The notes under the pieces: model-generated | Seen by the model: only the letters and a program-made list of their open reading frames with translations | Told to the model about the DNA's origin: nothing | Database searches by the model: none | From: Asterionella formosa | Lineage: Eukaryota | Length of the DNA: 55,797 nucleotides | Direction of reading: 5' to 3' | Assembly (NCBI GenBank): GCA_002256025.1 | Contig: NKIB01013547.1 | Coordinates: 1-55,797 of the forward strand | Program-made: the position numbers and the translations under genes | Shown here: positions 23,705 through 37,234 of the stretch, piece by piece | Position numbering within the stretch: position 1 is the first letter of the stretch | Layout of the letters: each line of letters starts with the position of its first letter

Positions 23705-25163
23705 GGGCAATAGAAATCATGGCAAAAAGAATCCTAATCAGTCTTGTGTTTTCTTAGCTAAATTAATATTGTTTCATGATGCCAATCAAGCGATGCAAAA
23801 TCAGGGGTCAATCACTGTCATTTCAATTTTCAACTTCTTTATGATCTTTCAGCAAAACTTGGCAGCATTCCAGACCTGGGCTTTATTAGTTTCATAGATA
23901 GAATACAAGTATCGCTAGCAAGTAGTCAAACAAATGTTCTCATAGCTGTGAAGATTCATTGCAAAATAGCAAAAATAGAAAATCGGCAGAAGCAAAATGG
24001 CATTTGACTGCTGCAGCAATATCTTGTCCATGATTTCTTGCTGGATCAAAATCCTAATTGTTCGAACATAACCATCAAACATCAAGTAGACATTAACTAC
24101 AACATCATTAGCTGAAAGCAAGGTAAAGCCATCAAAAAAAGTCAAATATGATTACCCAGCCAGATCAATAATTTGGTTGGCCAACTATGACAAATTGGGT
24201 TATGTAGCTACATAATTTAACAGTATGACATCAAATATAAAATGTGATGGATCATATAATATATATATAAAAATATATATATAATAGAATTGAACTAGAA
24301 TGGTTTCAACATCTTCCATAATTTATATAAACCCACAACAATATTTTTGTATGCCTGATCATATAATTTCTTATCAATGACCACAATTATTGTTTGCGGC
24401 AATCAAATTTAATTTCTATGAATGGCAAGCAAAGTAAAATGGCAATGCTTTTGCAATATTAATGTTGTTGTAATATCTCCCAGAACTATATTTACATTAC
24501 TACATGCACGACTAGCTAGTGCTACCAAAAGTAGTTGCAAAACTCGCTGAACAGCATACTGATATCATAGAATCACTGCTCTGCTTGCTTGCATTGGCAA
24601 CAACCTTTAATCAATTTTCCAGCAACAATCATTGTACCACAACCTTGTCTTAAAGCAAAACATTACCTGCTGTTTCACTACCATCTGGTGGCCATGGATG
24701 ATTGTTGGATGAGAAGAAGCAATCATTCCTGCAAGTAGGAGAGAGTTAAATATGTTGGAGTTGCGAAATTGATAACAATGGCAATGCGCACAGGCCAACC
24801 ATCAGCTTTTTTTCTTCTTCTTTCGGTCTTCAATTGTGTGGTGATGGAAAGTTAATGTTGCCTGGTGTGTAAGTACTACAATGATTCACAATGCATACAT
24901 CTCCATTGGAACTCTTATTTTTTATTTCATTTCTAACCCAAAACAATTTTTCTATTTCTCATTTGATGCTACTTATTACATCGCATTTCATACTTTGGTT
25001 GCTCCAAACATCATTTTCAATTTTCATTGATGTTGCATGTTACAATCATTCTCGTGTGGTTTACGCTTGTTGTACCATCTCTATGCATATTACCGTTTTT
25101 CTGGTTGTGATGCTAAAATCGGCAATTTTATTGCCGAAAAATTCGATGTGCCCCATATTGCCC
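23705..25163. mobile_element. Highly decayed DNA-transposon region, possibly Harbinger
   Basis: GGGCAATA...TATTGCCC ends. The left part resembles 29653-29830, and a minus-strand fragment VYLMFDGY resembles the Harbinger DxGY motif. Confidence 0.3.
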
Positions 25164-25412
25164 TTAAATAAAAATTACTTAGAAGTACCCGAATGGCAAG
25201 ACGATAGCTGGAGCGGGAATTGCTGGTATTTCCTGATGATAACAGGTACCCGGTATCATGATACTATAGCGATTGTAATGCCTGTGACATACATGTGCTC
25301 ACCCCCAGCATCAGCTCCTCTTTTGAGGTGTCATACATCATAATTTCCCCTCGTTGGAATAAGGCAGTTACCGGCACCGTAGTCTGACCATTATTATTAT
25401 TATTGCAAGACC

Positions 25413-26205
25413 ATGTCATCATCGCTCCTTCTCCCCTCCTGTCGTCGCGCTCTCGCAAGAACTGCTGCGATACGACGCTCCATTACCATTCCGGTTGTCG
25501 TGGAAAGCGGCGCCTTGGGCGAACGGTCTTTTGATATTTATTCCAGACTTTTGCGCGAGCGCATCATTTGCGTGCACGGCGAGGTGAATGACAACATGGC
25601 CTCAGTTGTCACGGCTCAGCTGCTGTTTCTGGAATCGGAAGCACCTGATAAGCCCATATTTATGTATATCAACAGTCCAGGTGGTGTGGTGACTTCCGGC
25701 ATGGCTATGTATGACACTATGCAATATGTTCGACCAGCAGTTCACACCATTTGTATGGGACAAGCGGCAAGTATGGGGAGTTTGCTATTGGCTGGGGGGG
25801 CTCCAGGTTGTAGGTTTGCGCTGTAAGTGAAATTTCAGATGGGAAGGAAGTACATGGAATTTTAATTTCTGACTCTTTCTGCTCCTGTATGCATATGTAT
25901 TTACCCAAAGCCCCAATGCACGCATTATGCTGCACCAACCCAGTGGTGGTGCCCAGGGCATGGCCAGTGATATTGCGATTCAAGCACAGGAAATTTTGAG
26001 AACACGAGCCAATTTGAACCAATTGTATATGTACCATACCAAGCAGCCCCTTGACAGTATTGAGCGTGTCATGGACAGAGATACCTTTATGGACCCCACA
26101 CAGGCGTTAGCATTTGGTGTCATTGACGAAGTCTTGTCCAATCGAGACCAAGATCCGGAATCGACTACTGCAAAGAAAGATAATGGAATTGGAAACGAAT
26201 CATAA
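25413..26205 (+). CDS. clpP: ATP-dependent Clp protease proteolytic subunit, probably mitochondrial; intron 25823-25910
   Basis: [30 protein letters not shown] (Ser), MLHQP (His) and MDRD (Asp). The N-terminus is an Arg/Ser-rich presequence. Confidence 0.96.
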
Positions 26206-27007
26206 TGCGCACTGCACTTACTAGATTACGGACATGGTCCAGAGATTGAACTTTAATTAGACGATTGTACAGACACTTTGTTCTTACTATTTTATACTCG
26301 TGTGTTGTTGTTTTCGGAACCCAAGAAGTGTTTTTTGATCGTGTAAGTGCAGGTTAGGTGCAAGCAGACAGTCTATCCAGGTTCCGAATGCATTCTTGTA
26401 GCACTCCTTCTACTTGAGATGTGCAGCAAAGAGGGATGAAGACAAATTAACGTGATACAAATCGTACAGTGACTGTCGACAACTAAACTGCATAATATTA
26501 ACACTATATTAACCTGGTGCGATCGCTTGCTCATTTTTGCCTCGTTCCGAGTTCACGGAACACCGAACTGCAGCATTTGATTTTGCATCTCAACCAAGCT
26601 TTGACGTCCCAGACATACTCGAGCTCACTGTGTGTCGGGAGAAGAATCAACCAAACCCGTTTCAATGCAACCTTTATTACTAACCTTGAATACTAACGTT
26701 CTTGAGTCTATCTACAAAATAGTCAGCATAAATGCCACCAGATTGACCTCGCTTGAGATCCTTCCACTTAAAAAACCAGTTTTTGTATTTGTTGAACTAC
26801 AGGCGATATCCTGGTCAGAGCAAACATAATTTGAAAAGCAGGTTGGGCATGATGCTTTAACGTTCGGCATCTCCCATCTTCTTCGTTGAGAGGACCGTGA
26901 AATAATCATTGTTGTCAGGTCTAGCGCAGACCCACTACAGTCGCGATCAATGTACAAGGATGATTTATCTAAAAATAGGGGTGTTACATTTTAAAGAATT
27001 GACTGCC

Positions 27008-28977
27008 TTATGAAGCCATTAGATCAGCCAGTTCCTTGTCGGCATCAGCCAACATTGCATCAAGATCTGCCAAATCGTCATCACCTTCAGTTGCTCCCCA
27101 TCCTCCGTCAAGGTTGCCGTCTGCGTCACCATGATTAAGAATACCATCAAGGTCATCGTCTATTTTTAAGTTTTCGAGGTCTGCCTTAGCTTCTTTCAAC
27201 ACGTTATCGATGTTGTCGGAAAACGCCTTGTCGTCGGACTTTTCACTAGCCTTCGCTCCTTCAACGTCGTCGTCAATGCTATCCAGTTGGTGCTCAGACC
27301 GCTCCAATACCTCACCTTCAGGAACAGACCCGGGTTCAGTGGCTGGCTTCTCTTCTGGTTTTTCTGGTTTGAAACTTCCATCTAAAATGCTGGCTGTCAA
27401 CGGCAATGCCAAGAATTTTCTCAAATGCATGACAACCTCCTCGTGCCTAACATCGCCGGCAACTTCGAATCTCTCTGCTGCTTGTCGATACAAGTCCATG
27501 ATTTCATTCACTCGTTCTGTTGAAGGCTGGTACTCCAAAGCTCGTTCCTTGGCCTGAATATCTTGCACAATCTGAAGAGCCTCGTGAATTGCCCGTTGAG
27601 TTGCTGCATTTGTATGCTTGCCCTTGACACCATGAGCTTTGAGAACAGACTGGATCTGGTGGACTGCGTCGGCGCTATCGGGACACATTAGAATCAACGG
27701 GTCATCAGGAGCAGGCTTAAAAAAAAGTGAAATCGATTCTTCTCTACGGAACTTTAGCTTGGCCATCATATCGATTGGGACTGAAAAGGTGACTGTACCG
27801 ACAGTCAAGTTCATTTTAGTGGCCCGCACTTCAATAATATGTGTGTCTGTAATCATCAAGAACGACTCTTCCACCAAGCTTCTTGCAGATTGAGTAAAGG
27901 AACGAAGCATAGCTCCAGCTCCAGCGAATCCAGCACCAGCAACCTGTCAAATCGGAGGGTAATATGAAAAAGTTAGAAATATACTAAAGAAAATCGGCAA
28001 CATGAAAGGTTTATCTGACAAGCAGAACAACACACCTTGCTAAGGCTTCCAGCCTGCAAGCGCATGTAGTTTCCAAGGTCATCGGGAATTTCTCCATCAT
28101 CATCTTCGTCGTCCCAAAAATTGCTCACCTCGTTCTTGCTACTGGCTTTTGCAGCTAAAGCAATGGCGTCTTCCAAAAATCCAGGCCGTCGTATGGCTTT
28201 ACAGGAATACAAACCACGACAATCAACCCACGGAGCTTCCATTAAGTTAATTTCATCCCCAATACTGATACTGGTAGACGATGCTTGTCTCTTTTGTTCC
28301 TTTGGCTTTCGTCGCAGCGGATTATTTCTCGGCGGGTCAGCTGCTGCTGCTGTTGGTGGTGCAACGGCGGCACCTGGAGGTGCCACAGTGTTGCTAAAGG
28401 AAAAGGCACTCTTGGACAGAAAGCTCCCGAATCTGCGGGCTCCCTTTACCAGGTCATCAACTGGTTCCGAATCTTCTGGCGCCACGGCGGGATGAAACGG
28501 TTCGCCCATCAAAATGCTCTCTTTGACTTTCAATCCAATATTCAGGACAGCGTCAGTCATGTGCAAGCTCGGCGTCCAGTCAATGTCGATATCCACAGGG
28601 TTTCCGTTTTGAATGGTGGAGTATTCTGGGAACATGGAGGCTCCGGAAGAGAGCGTGGCGGTAGGCCGTTTAAAGGGATAGGCGCTCGCGCGGGTGTTGA
28701 TCGTGCCATCGGGGTTCCGTTCCATCGACGCATCTAACGTGATAATAACAATTTTGTCATCCGATGTATCTTCTCCTGATTGCGGGCTTGTAACATTCAA
28801 CACAAAGGAAACCTTGCAAGTTCCGGCAGCAATATCCAAGTGGTGCTCCATGAGCGAGATAAACGAAGGCAAAATGCCCGCCACGTCCTGGGTTTCCGAG
28901 TCGCTCGTTTCCGTTGTAAGAGCCAGAAGCTCCTTTTGCAGTCGAGTCGACCATATCTCCGCGTTGCGGTCCGACAT
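27008..28977 (-). CDS. Uncharacterised protein: N-terminal UBC/UEV-like domain, possible PH-like region, acidic tail; intron 27944-28035
   Basis: TRLQKELLAL, YPFKRP and DWTPSLHMTDAVLNI echo E2-fold motifs without the catalytic Cys. The splice SLSK|VAGAGFAG joins the two long ORFs in frame. Confidence 0.75.
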
Positions 28978-31900
28978 GATATGTCTATATAATGAGTTGC
29001 GCTATGATGGACAGATTTGAGCAGCGTTAGCCAAGAAGTGGAAGGACATCGCAACGACGATGAGACAACAGCATAATATTTCAGAGCGGGCGGGGCTGCG
29101 GCCGTGATGACGTGGACTTCAAAATATATATTGAAAATAAATAGCACCAATGAATTCTTTCCAAGCCGCTGAGGAGCAAAGATAATGGCCCAACGAAAAC
29201 TTCGTCAAACACAGTTTCGCCAATCACTGGCATTGAGGAAGCGACACATGAAGTCAATGGTCTATCGATCGGAAGGAGGAACATAAGCAATACAACCGCA
29301 CCTCTGATTCTTGTCGACAGTTTTCTTGGAGAAGGGTGGTTATAATGTACGCGAATCCATTACTCGCTACCGGCACGTAGCCACTTCGGGGAAACTTGCA
29401 CCGACTACCTGTGTCCTACAAAACACACATATAATCCATGAGGAATCTTTCGAACTGTGCTACCGGTACTAATACAAAGTCTAGTGGAGTACCAGGTACC
29501 GTACCAGTACTAACTACCTGTTACCTAGTACCAGGTACCAGTAGTACGTACGGGCAGTACGGACCACCAACAGCAATCGAGCAGTTGAGTCCTGTATATC
29601 TTAAACCACACATGCAACATGTTGTGATTCAACCTAGATGCAACTAATAAAAGGGCAATTAATTTTGTTGGTAAGAAAAAGAATTCTAACTTCTTCGCAT
29701 TGTTTAGAGCTAAATTAATTTCGTTTCATCACTGCAATCAAGAGAAAGGAAATGAGGGATTGATTGAAAACGATTTCTTTCATTTGTCGGCCAATCTTGG
29801 CTATATTTTAGACTTAAGCTAGAACAAATATGGTGAGCTAAAGTCTGAAATGTGGCCATGATTGGCTGAAAGATGAAGAAGTTGAAAATCGCAAAGTAAC
29901 AATAATAATTTTTTTGGAGTTTTAGTTAGCACTGGTATGTTTTGACATAGAAATATCATGTGGGAGTAGTTTCATCATGAGGAAGCTATAGACAAAACTA
30001 CTCATATATACAAAGGTTTGTCACAACAATGATTCAAGCAAAAATAAATTACTCTACTGCTAACTGGGATGTTTTGCTCCGCTTTTCCACAGTGCTTTTG
30101 ACCTTGAAGTACACTGATGTTGTGCTGCCATGAGTGCTACCATTTAGAGAAATAAATGAAAGAGTTGTCTGTATTTGAATGCAGCTAATGGAAATGACAA
30201 TCAACAGGTTGATGTAAGCACCTCAGCACCCGATTCATCCAACAACCAATAAGTGCCGCAAGGGAAAGAATGCCACCCACCAAAGCATCTCAAATGCTAT
30301 CACAAGCGCAACAACAGCAATGAACGACATCTACAAAATCAAGATCAAGAGGACTGCTTTCAGTACACACACCAAGTGAAAGAAAGCGCCCACAACAAGC
30401 AACTAGCAACAACCAACAAGACGCAATCCCCGAAGTGACAATGATACCAGAAGATGTCACTGCCAAGAACCAACGCAAGGCACAATGAGCGCGGCAAAAG
30501 CAATGAAATCTACAAAATCAAGAACAGGACTGTTTTCAAAACACACAAAACGCCCACACAACAAACAAAAATAATTATAATCAGATCTACAATTTCATAA
30601 AGAGATACATTGTTAGCATAATACTACTCCTTTATATTTTAGCTTCAATGGCGATTTTGATTGTTTGATTGATTTTCGACTAGAAATAGTACAACTAGCG
30701 AATATGATATACCACCGTCACACCATGATACATGAAAAATATGCGACGAAGCTAGTTAATTTTGGTTCCACATACTGTTCCAATTTTTTTATAGACAAAC
30801 TCACCAGTTTACTGTAACAGTCGTACATAATCTCCAATAAATCAAAATTGGCTGGCCTGTTGCCTTTAAAGGCTGTTTTTAGATCCGTAGTGGTTTTAAA
30901 AGTTACCGCCATGGTCGTTTGAAAGTCACTAGCTCTGTCGTGTTAATAGATTTTTCGGGACGTCAAATCAATTTTGATCGATGATTATTATGAACTAGTC
31001 TTAAAAAGTACTATTGGGTTTTACTGACAAGCCTCATCAAAAAATTGGTGGAAACTAGGAAAACAAGTTTTAGCTTTAACAACAAACCCAGAAAAGTAGA
31101 AAATTTTGAGTACGGGCATTGTTGCATGTGCAGCTGAATGGATTCAATATAGTAGGTCAGTGCTAGTGGGTTGAAACAAGAAACTAATAATTCCTCATGA
31201 CATGGAGAAATTCTGTTGTGCGCGCTGTGTATAGACCAAATTTTTTCATAAGCAAATCTTCCCTTCTTTTGAGCATGAATTCTTTTGAGAGATTTTTGAG
31301 AAAAACACAACATGAGAATTGTGTACTCGGATATGGTGTTAAACATTGCTTGAGGGCAATATAAACATAGTACATAGTACATACATCATACATTGCATAT
31401 TTGAAAATATTTGAATGTTAAACAAAAATGAAGAAATTACCTAGCATTGCTGCATTTCTTTGTTGTGATTTGGAATTTTAGCAGCTAATTTGAATAACAA
31501 TTATTCTGATTAAATTATGTAAATCTGTGGAAATTCAATAGGTAACATCCTTGTTCATCTAAAATCAGTTTGTAACTTGTGTGCAAAATTACTTTGAGGT
31601 TTTTACTATTCCAAAAGGCCATTTGCGCCCACAGATTTCTAGTCTATTTAGGATAGAAAAATAAAATTAGTACCATTCTGTATTTTCTCGCAAGATCACT
31701 TTTTTAACGTTCCTTGAGCTCTTTTAGTTTGTCGACTACTGCCTGTGAATTACATACACATATCATCGCGTTCCAGCGCCCAAAGTTTCCACGTATGTTG
31801 GGTTGGTGACACCGGGTTAGTGAGGTTTCAACAGCACCTAGGCTGGAAACACCAGGAAGCGCTACCTGGGCTCCCCTGCCAGCTATAGAGTAGTCGTAAA

Positions 31901-32419
31901 GCGCTTAACAAATGCGGTTATCAATGCATACACATATCGCCTTGAATGCCAATACAGTGTGGAGTGCCAATATTAGATCGTTGGTGCTGATGTGCATCAA
32001 TCATGGAAGGAAGCAAGGTGATGAGACAACTGTTGATTTGCACTATATGTTCCATCATCCTGGGGGTATATGCAGTCTCTTGGCTGGCACTAGCAGTTAA
32101 AGACTGTAAGCCACCGTTATGAAGACTTCTAGACTGGTCTGTAAACCACCGCTAAACGGAGTAAACGCATGGTTTGAACTTCTTTTGCAAAATACGCTAA
32201 ATATTTTTACGGAATAGTTGTTGAGTTTAAATAGCCAGTAAATATGAATGTGCTTGTATTGCAGCATTTTGTAGCTTGTTAGTTGCTCATTATGTCCCTA
32301 AGGTTGCTATCTATGGGAAATTGCGAAAAACAGATTTTTCACATTAACTCTATTGAGCAGGCATCACCTTTTCTATATACTTACTCAACACAACAAATAT
32401 AACTAAATATTCTTCCTCG

Positions 32420-33400
32420 TTTTTGCGGTCTTTTTCAATTTCGACTCACTCCCAATGATTCGTCCCATCCTACCGGAAGGGTTATGATGGCTTTCCATTC
32501 CAAACTCTCTTAAGAAACTTTCTATGCCTTTAAATTATCATTCAGTAAACCCAAGTCCTCATGTTCTGATCATCGAAATCGTGTTCAACTTCTTCTACAA
32601 ATGATAGTATTCAGAGACTGGAAGATGTTTTGGTTATAGAGTTCACAAATTGCTCAAGTAACTTCTAGTCGTAGTCAGCAAATTCTAATCGTAGTACCAG
32701 TCAGCGAATTCAAGTCCTTGTCAGCAAATTTCTATTCATATGTAGTCAACAGCTGGCTCAGTAGTACTCGTAAACAAAAGAGTCATTTTGAAAATGTCAA
32801 TGGAATATTAATTGATATTGTTGTTAAATAGACAATCAAACAAATTTTGGTTCGCCCTAGTACTGATTACCGTTGAGTGGAGTGTTGCATGCTGTGAAAG
32901 TGTTAAATCTCGGCCGTCGCAACTTCGACAGTTTGAATCGTGCATCGCTAAAACTATGTGAAGAAATGCGCGATCAGCGACTTCAATTTCCGTTTTCAAT
33001 AATGCTGTTATTACAATTATTTTTTTACGATTGTATTTTCGATGTTGTGTTAGATATACTAGTTACCAAGAAATAGCTTAGTGTCGATTTGATTTTTTAT
33101 GGAGATATTTGTTATTTTCGTCATGGTCAAGGCAGCGATGCCATGATGGAGTATTCTCCAGCCGCTCACAATGACTACACTGTAGTGTCTTTAGATAGGA
33201 ACAAATCGCAGCATCTAGTAGGCTAAAAATTTATATACAAGTGTCTAGCTACAAGGGCTAGCTACTTTGGGAACCCTGAGCATATCATTTATCCCAGCCA
33301 TAGTAAGTAATACTTGATATGTATAATATTGCAAATATAGCGGTATCCCGGTGGTGGTAGGCTGTTGCATCAGGCGTGATAACGACTTTGACCATGTATA
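32420..33400 (+). mobile_element. Partial copy C of the long-TIR family
   Basis: Colinear similarity to 5250-6090 and 6500-6650, including the 20-bp array. It lacks the solo LTR. Confidence 0.8.
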
Positions 33401-33749
33401 TAAAAATCTTTGTAAATGACAAGGTTCACCTCAACAACCTGCACATGTCATAGATAAACCATAATATGTACCCACGTGCAGTTACAATGGAACCATTACA
33501 CCGGTAAGAACAATATCCTGCCTCCTTAGTACGGTAGACAATGTGTATCCGTAGTATATCTACGGTTTTAGTCAAAACTATAAAGCTTATTGATTTCAAA
33601 ATCATTATTTCTTTCTTTTTTCATGTTTGTATTAAATCTAGGAATCATCATACACTGCCTTCTTGCACATTCTGAATTTACTTAAATTGTAAATAAATCA
33701 GCAAGTTTAATATTTTTGTTGTGCTCAATCCGCCAAATTGAAGCCCAAA

Positions 33750-35100
33750 TTTGTCTTGTTCTTGGATGAATTTTTCTCGAAGTAATGTTGGTTGATTGAA
33801 GCAGCTAGTTATTCTTCCGCCTTGAGAAAATGTGAATTATCCTTGTTAGATAGACTACCAGTTTAATAAGTTAAATATCATATCCACTATATATATATAC
33901 ATATAAAAATCAATTTTGGTTAGCTAAACCTCCTGCCTCTCAAGCCCCCTCTTGGTTGCTGAAAATGATTCCAAGGCTGTCCTTGCATTGTTCCAATTCA
34001 TTCAGGACCTTCTCGCGAGACAAAGGCAGCTGAAGGAAACCTCGGCTATTTGCAGTCCTATCCAACCTCTTCATTAAAATCCTAGATACTGCATTCCTCT
34101 TTTTCATCCACACCAAATAACCTTATCGCCATCACTAATGGTTGCAAAAGATTCATCCTGATTCACTTAATCCTCAAAATGCCAGAGCAGGCAATATGAT
34201 GCAATTGCGACAGTGCACAGTGGGAACTGCCAACCAGCCGGAACACGGCGTAAAATTCTATCATGTGGATGAAAGAACAATTCTGACTTAAATGAAGACT
34301 GCCTGGATGTGTCTTAGAGCCATCTTGATCATTTTCTGTGTAAGGAAATTGTATCCCCACATCATCTTGACTCCAAACCAAATGCTTGATACAGACACCA
34401 TCAGTACTATGAACCTGGTGCCACATCAAATCCCAAGTTAGACACAAAAAAGACATGTGCAAAAACAGCTGCTGCATAGAGAGTCATCTTCAATAAACCA
34501 TATGTTAATTTTCACGAACAGGTCGATTGTCAATTCACGTTTTCCCTCCTCAAGGCTACCCATCCCATATTGTTTTGCCTTATTTGCAATTCGTTTGACG
34601 CCAGCAATGGGATCTTTCAGCTCGTCATCAAAGTCGTCTGCAGCCTCCATCTTTTACTTCTTAAACAGGTTGTAAAGTGATGTTGGTTAATACATCTTCA
34701 AGTCTGTAGGTTTCAAGTCCTCAAATTTAATTGGTGGATGCAATCCTGTAGAGACTGCCCTTTCAAGAAAACTGCGTATCACTGATCGTGCTTTCTTCAT
34801 TTGAATGGGAATGGTGTCAATGTCATCAGTGATATATCTGATTTGAGCTAGCAACCCCGGTCCTAGCAGCTGGTCCTCATGTTTAAATAGATACAACAGA
34901 ATGACTTCATGTTCAGACTGGTATCGGTTCATCGTTGATTTTGCTCTTGTGTTGTTGTTATTTGCTTCTTCATGTAAATAACCACAATGAGCGAGCATGA
35001 ATGCTATACCCACATCCAGGGTAGTTGAATGCAGTTGAAATTGGTAGCTCCTTAACTATTCATCTCTCTTGAGAAGCACAAAATATTTCTTCATTGCCTG
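33750..35100 (-). pseudogene. Decayed Crypton (CryptonS-like) tyrosine-recombinase gene
   Basis: Broken frames KQYGMGSLEEGKREL, LCLTWDLM...HLVWSQDDVGIQFPYTENDQDG and ILRRVPAGWQFP. These match the WNLM..H..W..D...F..K.DQ.G and RRVP..F.FP patterns of stramenopile Cryptons. Confidence 0.65.
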
Positions 35101-36007
35101 ACATAGCATTTGATGTGGTGGTGGGTCGCTTCTTTTGGTGAATTTTTGTTTGTTGTTGCTCTCAATTGATGTTCATAATTGAGTCGGAACCCCTACTAGC
35201 TCTTAGCAGTAGTTATCACGCATGTAGCTATTGTCAACATAAATCCTACTACGATAGTACAAATTGGACGCTGTTTATGTATGGTTTTGGGGAGAAAAGT
35301 CTCCCAAAAAGCCGCTGCTGACAGGGCCGCAGAACATTTACGTCTCATAAGCTTGCGGGGAATAAACATCAGCGTGAAAAAAAGGGGAGAATTTCTCCTA
35401 AAAAATGTAGGATAATCTCTCATCCATTCTCCCCATTTTTCCACACTTCTGTACCACAGGAATTGTATATTTAGGCCACCATTTATAAATAGGGATGCAT
35501 GCTGCCCACAGAAAAATTCTGATTCCCTTTTCAGCTGCCGGGATTGACATTTGCGAGGAATGCGGGTTCTGTTCTCTGTATACCCCACGTTACACCACAT
35601 ACCGGTATTCCGGTCTGTCGTAACATGCATTTATTGAAGAACGAGTACATACATTGCTTTTATGCATCATAATATTCATACCGGTATATGACAAAAACCA
35701 AAAACGAGTACCTGGCGCCTGTATGTGCATATATATGATATCCCTGTATGTGCATGAAAAGTTAAACAATGCATAAACCGGTGCGTTGTACCTGCTACCT
35801 GGTGGTACTTGGTACTTGTACCAGGTACTGTTACTCCCTGGTATTTTTTAAATAAACCCTTAACAGGTACTCGCAGTAGTAACAGGTACCGGTACCAGGG
35901 TCCTGCACTTGGTACATAACGACCAGATTGCATGCATCGCGAAAGCCAGCATGCAGGGAGCAGAAATGAATCACACAACGACAGGAAGCAATTGTTGCAG
36001 CTCGGGC

Positions 36008-36912
36008 ATGAGCTCGTTCGGAACACCAACAAGAGTTCCATTCTCCCCCATGGCTTCGGAGGTGAGTGTCTGGTTTATAGTTTTTTTAAGGCGATAGAAA
36101 CAAACGATCGATTCCCTTTAAGCCATAGTTGTTTATGTATTTAAGCGGAACACATTGGTTTTTTTCGTGCTGCACCACTGAATTCAAAGAGCAGAATGAG
36201 TTTGAACGTTGTGTTACAGCGAATGATACAAGACTGTTTAGCTCCCTCATTGACTGATTGTTCTTCCATTTGTCTACAGGAGGAACGTGAGCAAGCCTTG
36301 CGAGACTACAAAGTAACAATTGAGTACAAACACCTCAAACAGCATGCACCAGGCGGCGTTTATTTGATTCCTTCCTTGGACGATCTTCGACACTTTTATG
36401 GAGTTATCTTTGTAAGAAGAGGACCATTTACTAATGGAATTTTCAAGTTTCAGGTTCGCCTACCGCCTGCGTATAATGATGTCAACACCTGGCCACAAAT
36501 TATTTTTTCGACGTATGTTTATAATCCGCACGTGCATCCAGTGACGGGAGAGCTTGACATTCAATCGGCATACCCTCGATGGGATCCTCATCGGCACTAC
36601 TTGGTAACTCTGTTGACATTTCTCAAAAAAATATTTTATGTCAAAACCTTTGGACCAGACGCCAAGGCCAACTTGGAAGCCAAGACCTTGGCAGAAACGA
36701 ATCCTGACATGTATCGCAAAAATGTGGAGAGTTGTGTACGGGAATCCCAAAAGGCAGTCTTTTTGAACGATCCTGGGTGCACAGCAACATTTACAGAAGA
36801 AACGTTATCGCATCAGGTATTGAGAGATTTGCTCAAACGACAGCTAAACGATCCTTCTCAGATAAACAAGCAAGTGGTGTTGAACATTATAGACAAGGCC
36901 AGTAAAGTCTAA
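36008..36912 (+). CDS. AKTIP: AKT-interacting protein / Fts / crossbronx-type inactive E2 (UEV); intron 36062-36279
   Basis: EYKHLKQHAPGGVYLIPS, FYGVIFVRRGPFTNGIFKF, VYNPHVHPVTGELDI and LTFLKKIFY. The start codon is uncertain (35951, 35966, 36008 or 36050). Confidence 0.85.
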
Positions 36913-37234
36913 TATTAGACCAATGACGTTGATTTTCTCTGAATCAGGTTTGGTGTATCAAAGTTAATGAATCTTGGTTCGAGGAAAAAAGTTCAGAAAG
37001 ATTATGCTTTTCGTTTTTGTCATATTGTAATATTTCACGGAAGTGTCATGCGAGCTGTGCTATTCATAGTTGTGTAGTTTTAAGGCATTAAATAAATGAA
37101 GTTAATAAATGTAAAACGTCACAGAATATTTGCAGATTTATGAATCAAAAAATTTGGCTACCAGTAGGTCTTTGGCAAGTCTAGGATGAGAAGCGACTAT
37201 CTTTAACAAGCTACATTAGAAATTGAAAACCCTG

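Noticed and set aside
26632..26957. Short ORFs between clpP and the UEV gene
   Set aside because: No motifs; likely overlapping 3' regions of convergent genes.
30310..30570. ~180-bp diverged duplication (ATCTACAAAATCAAGA...GGACTG)
   Set aside because: Low-complexity, CA-rich TE debris with no additional structure.
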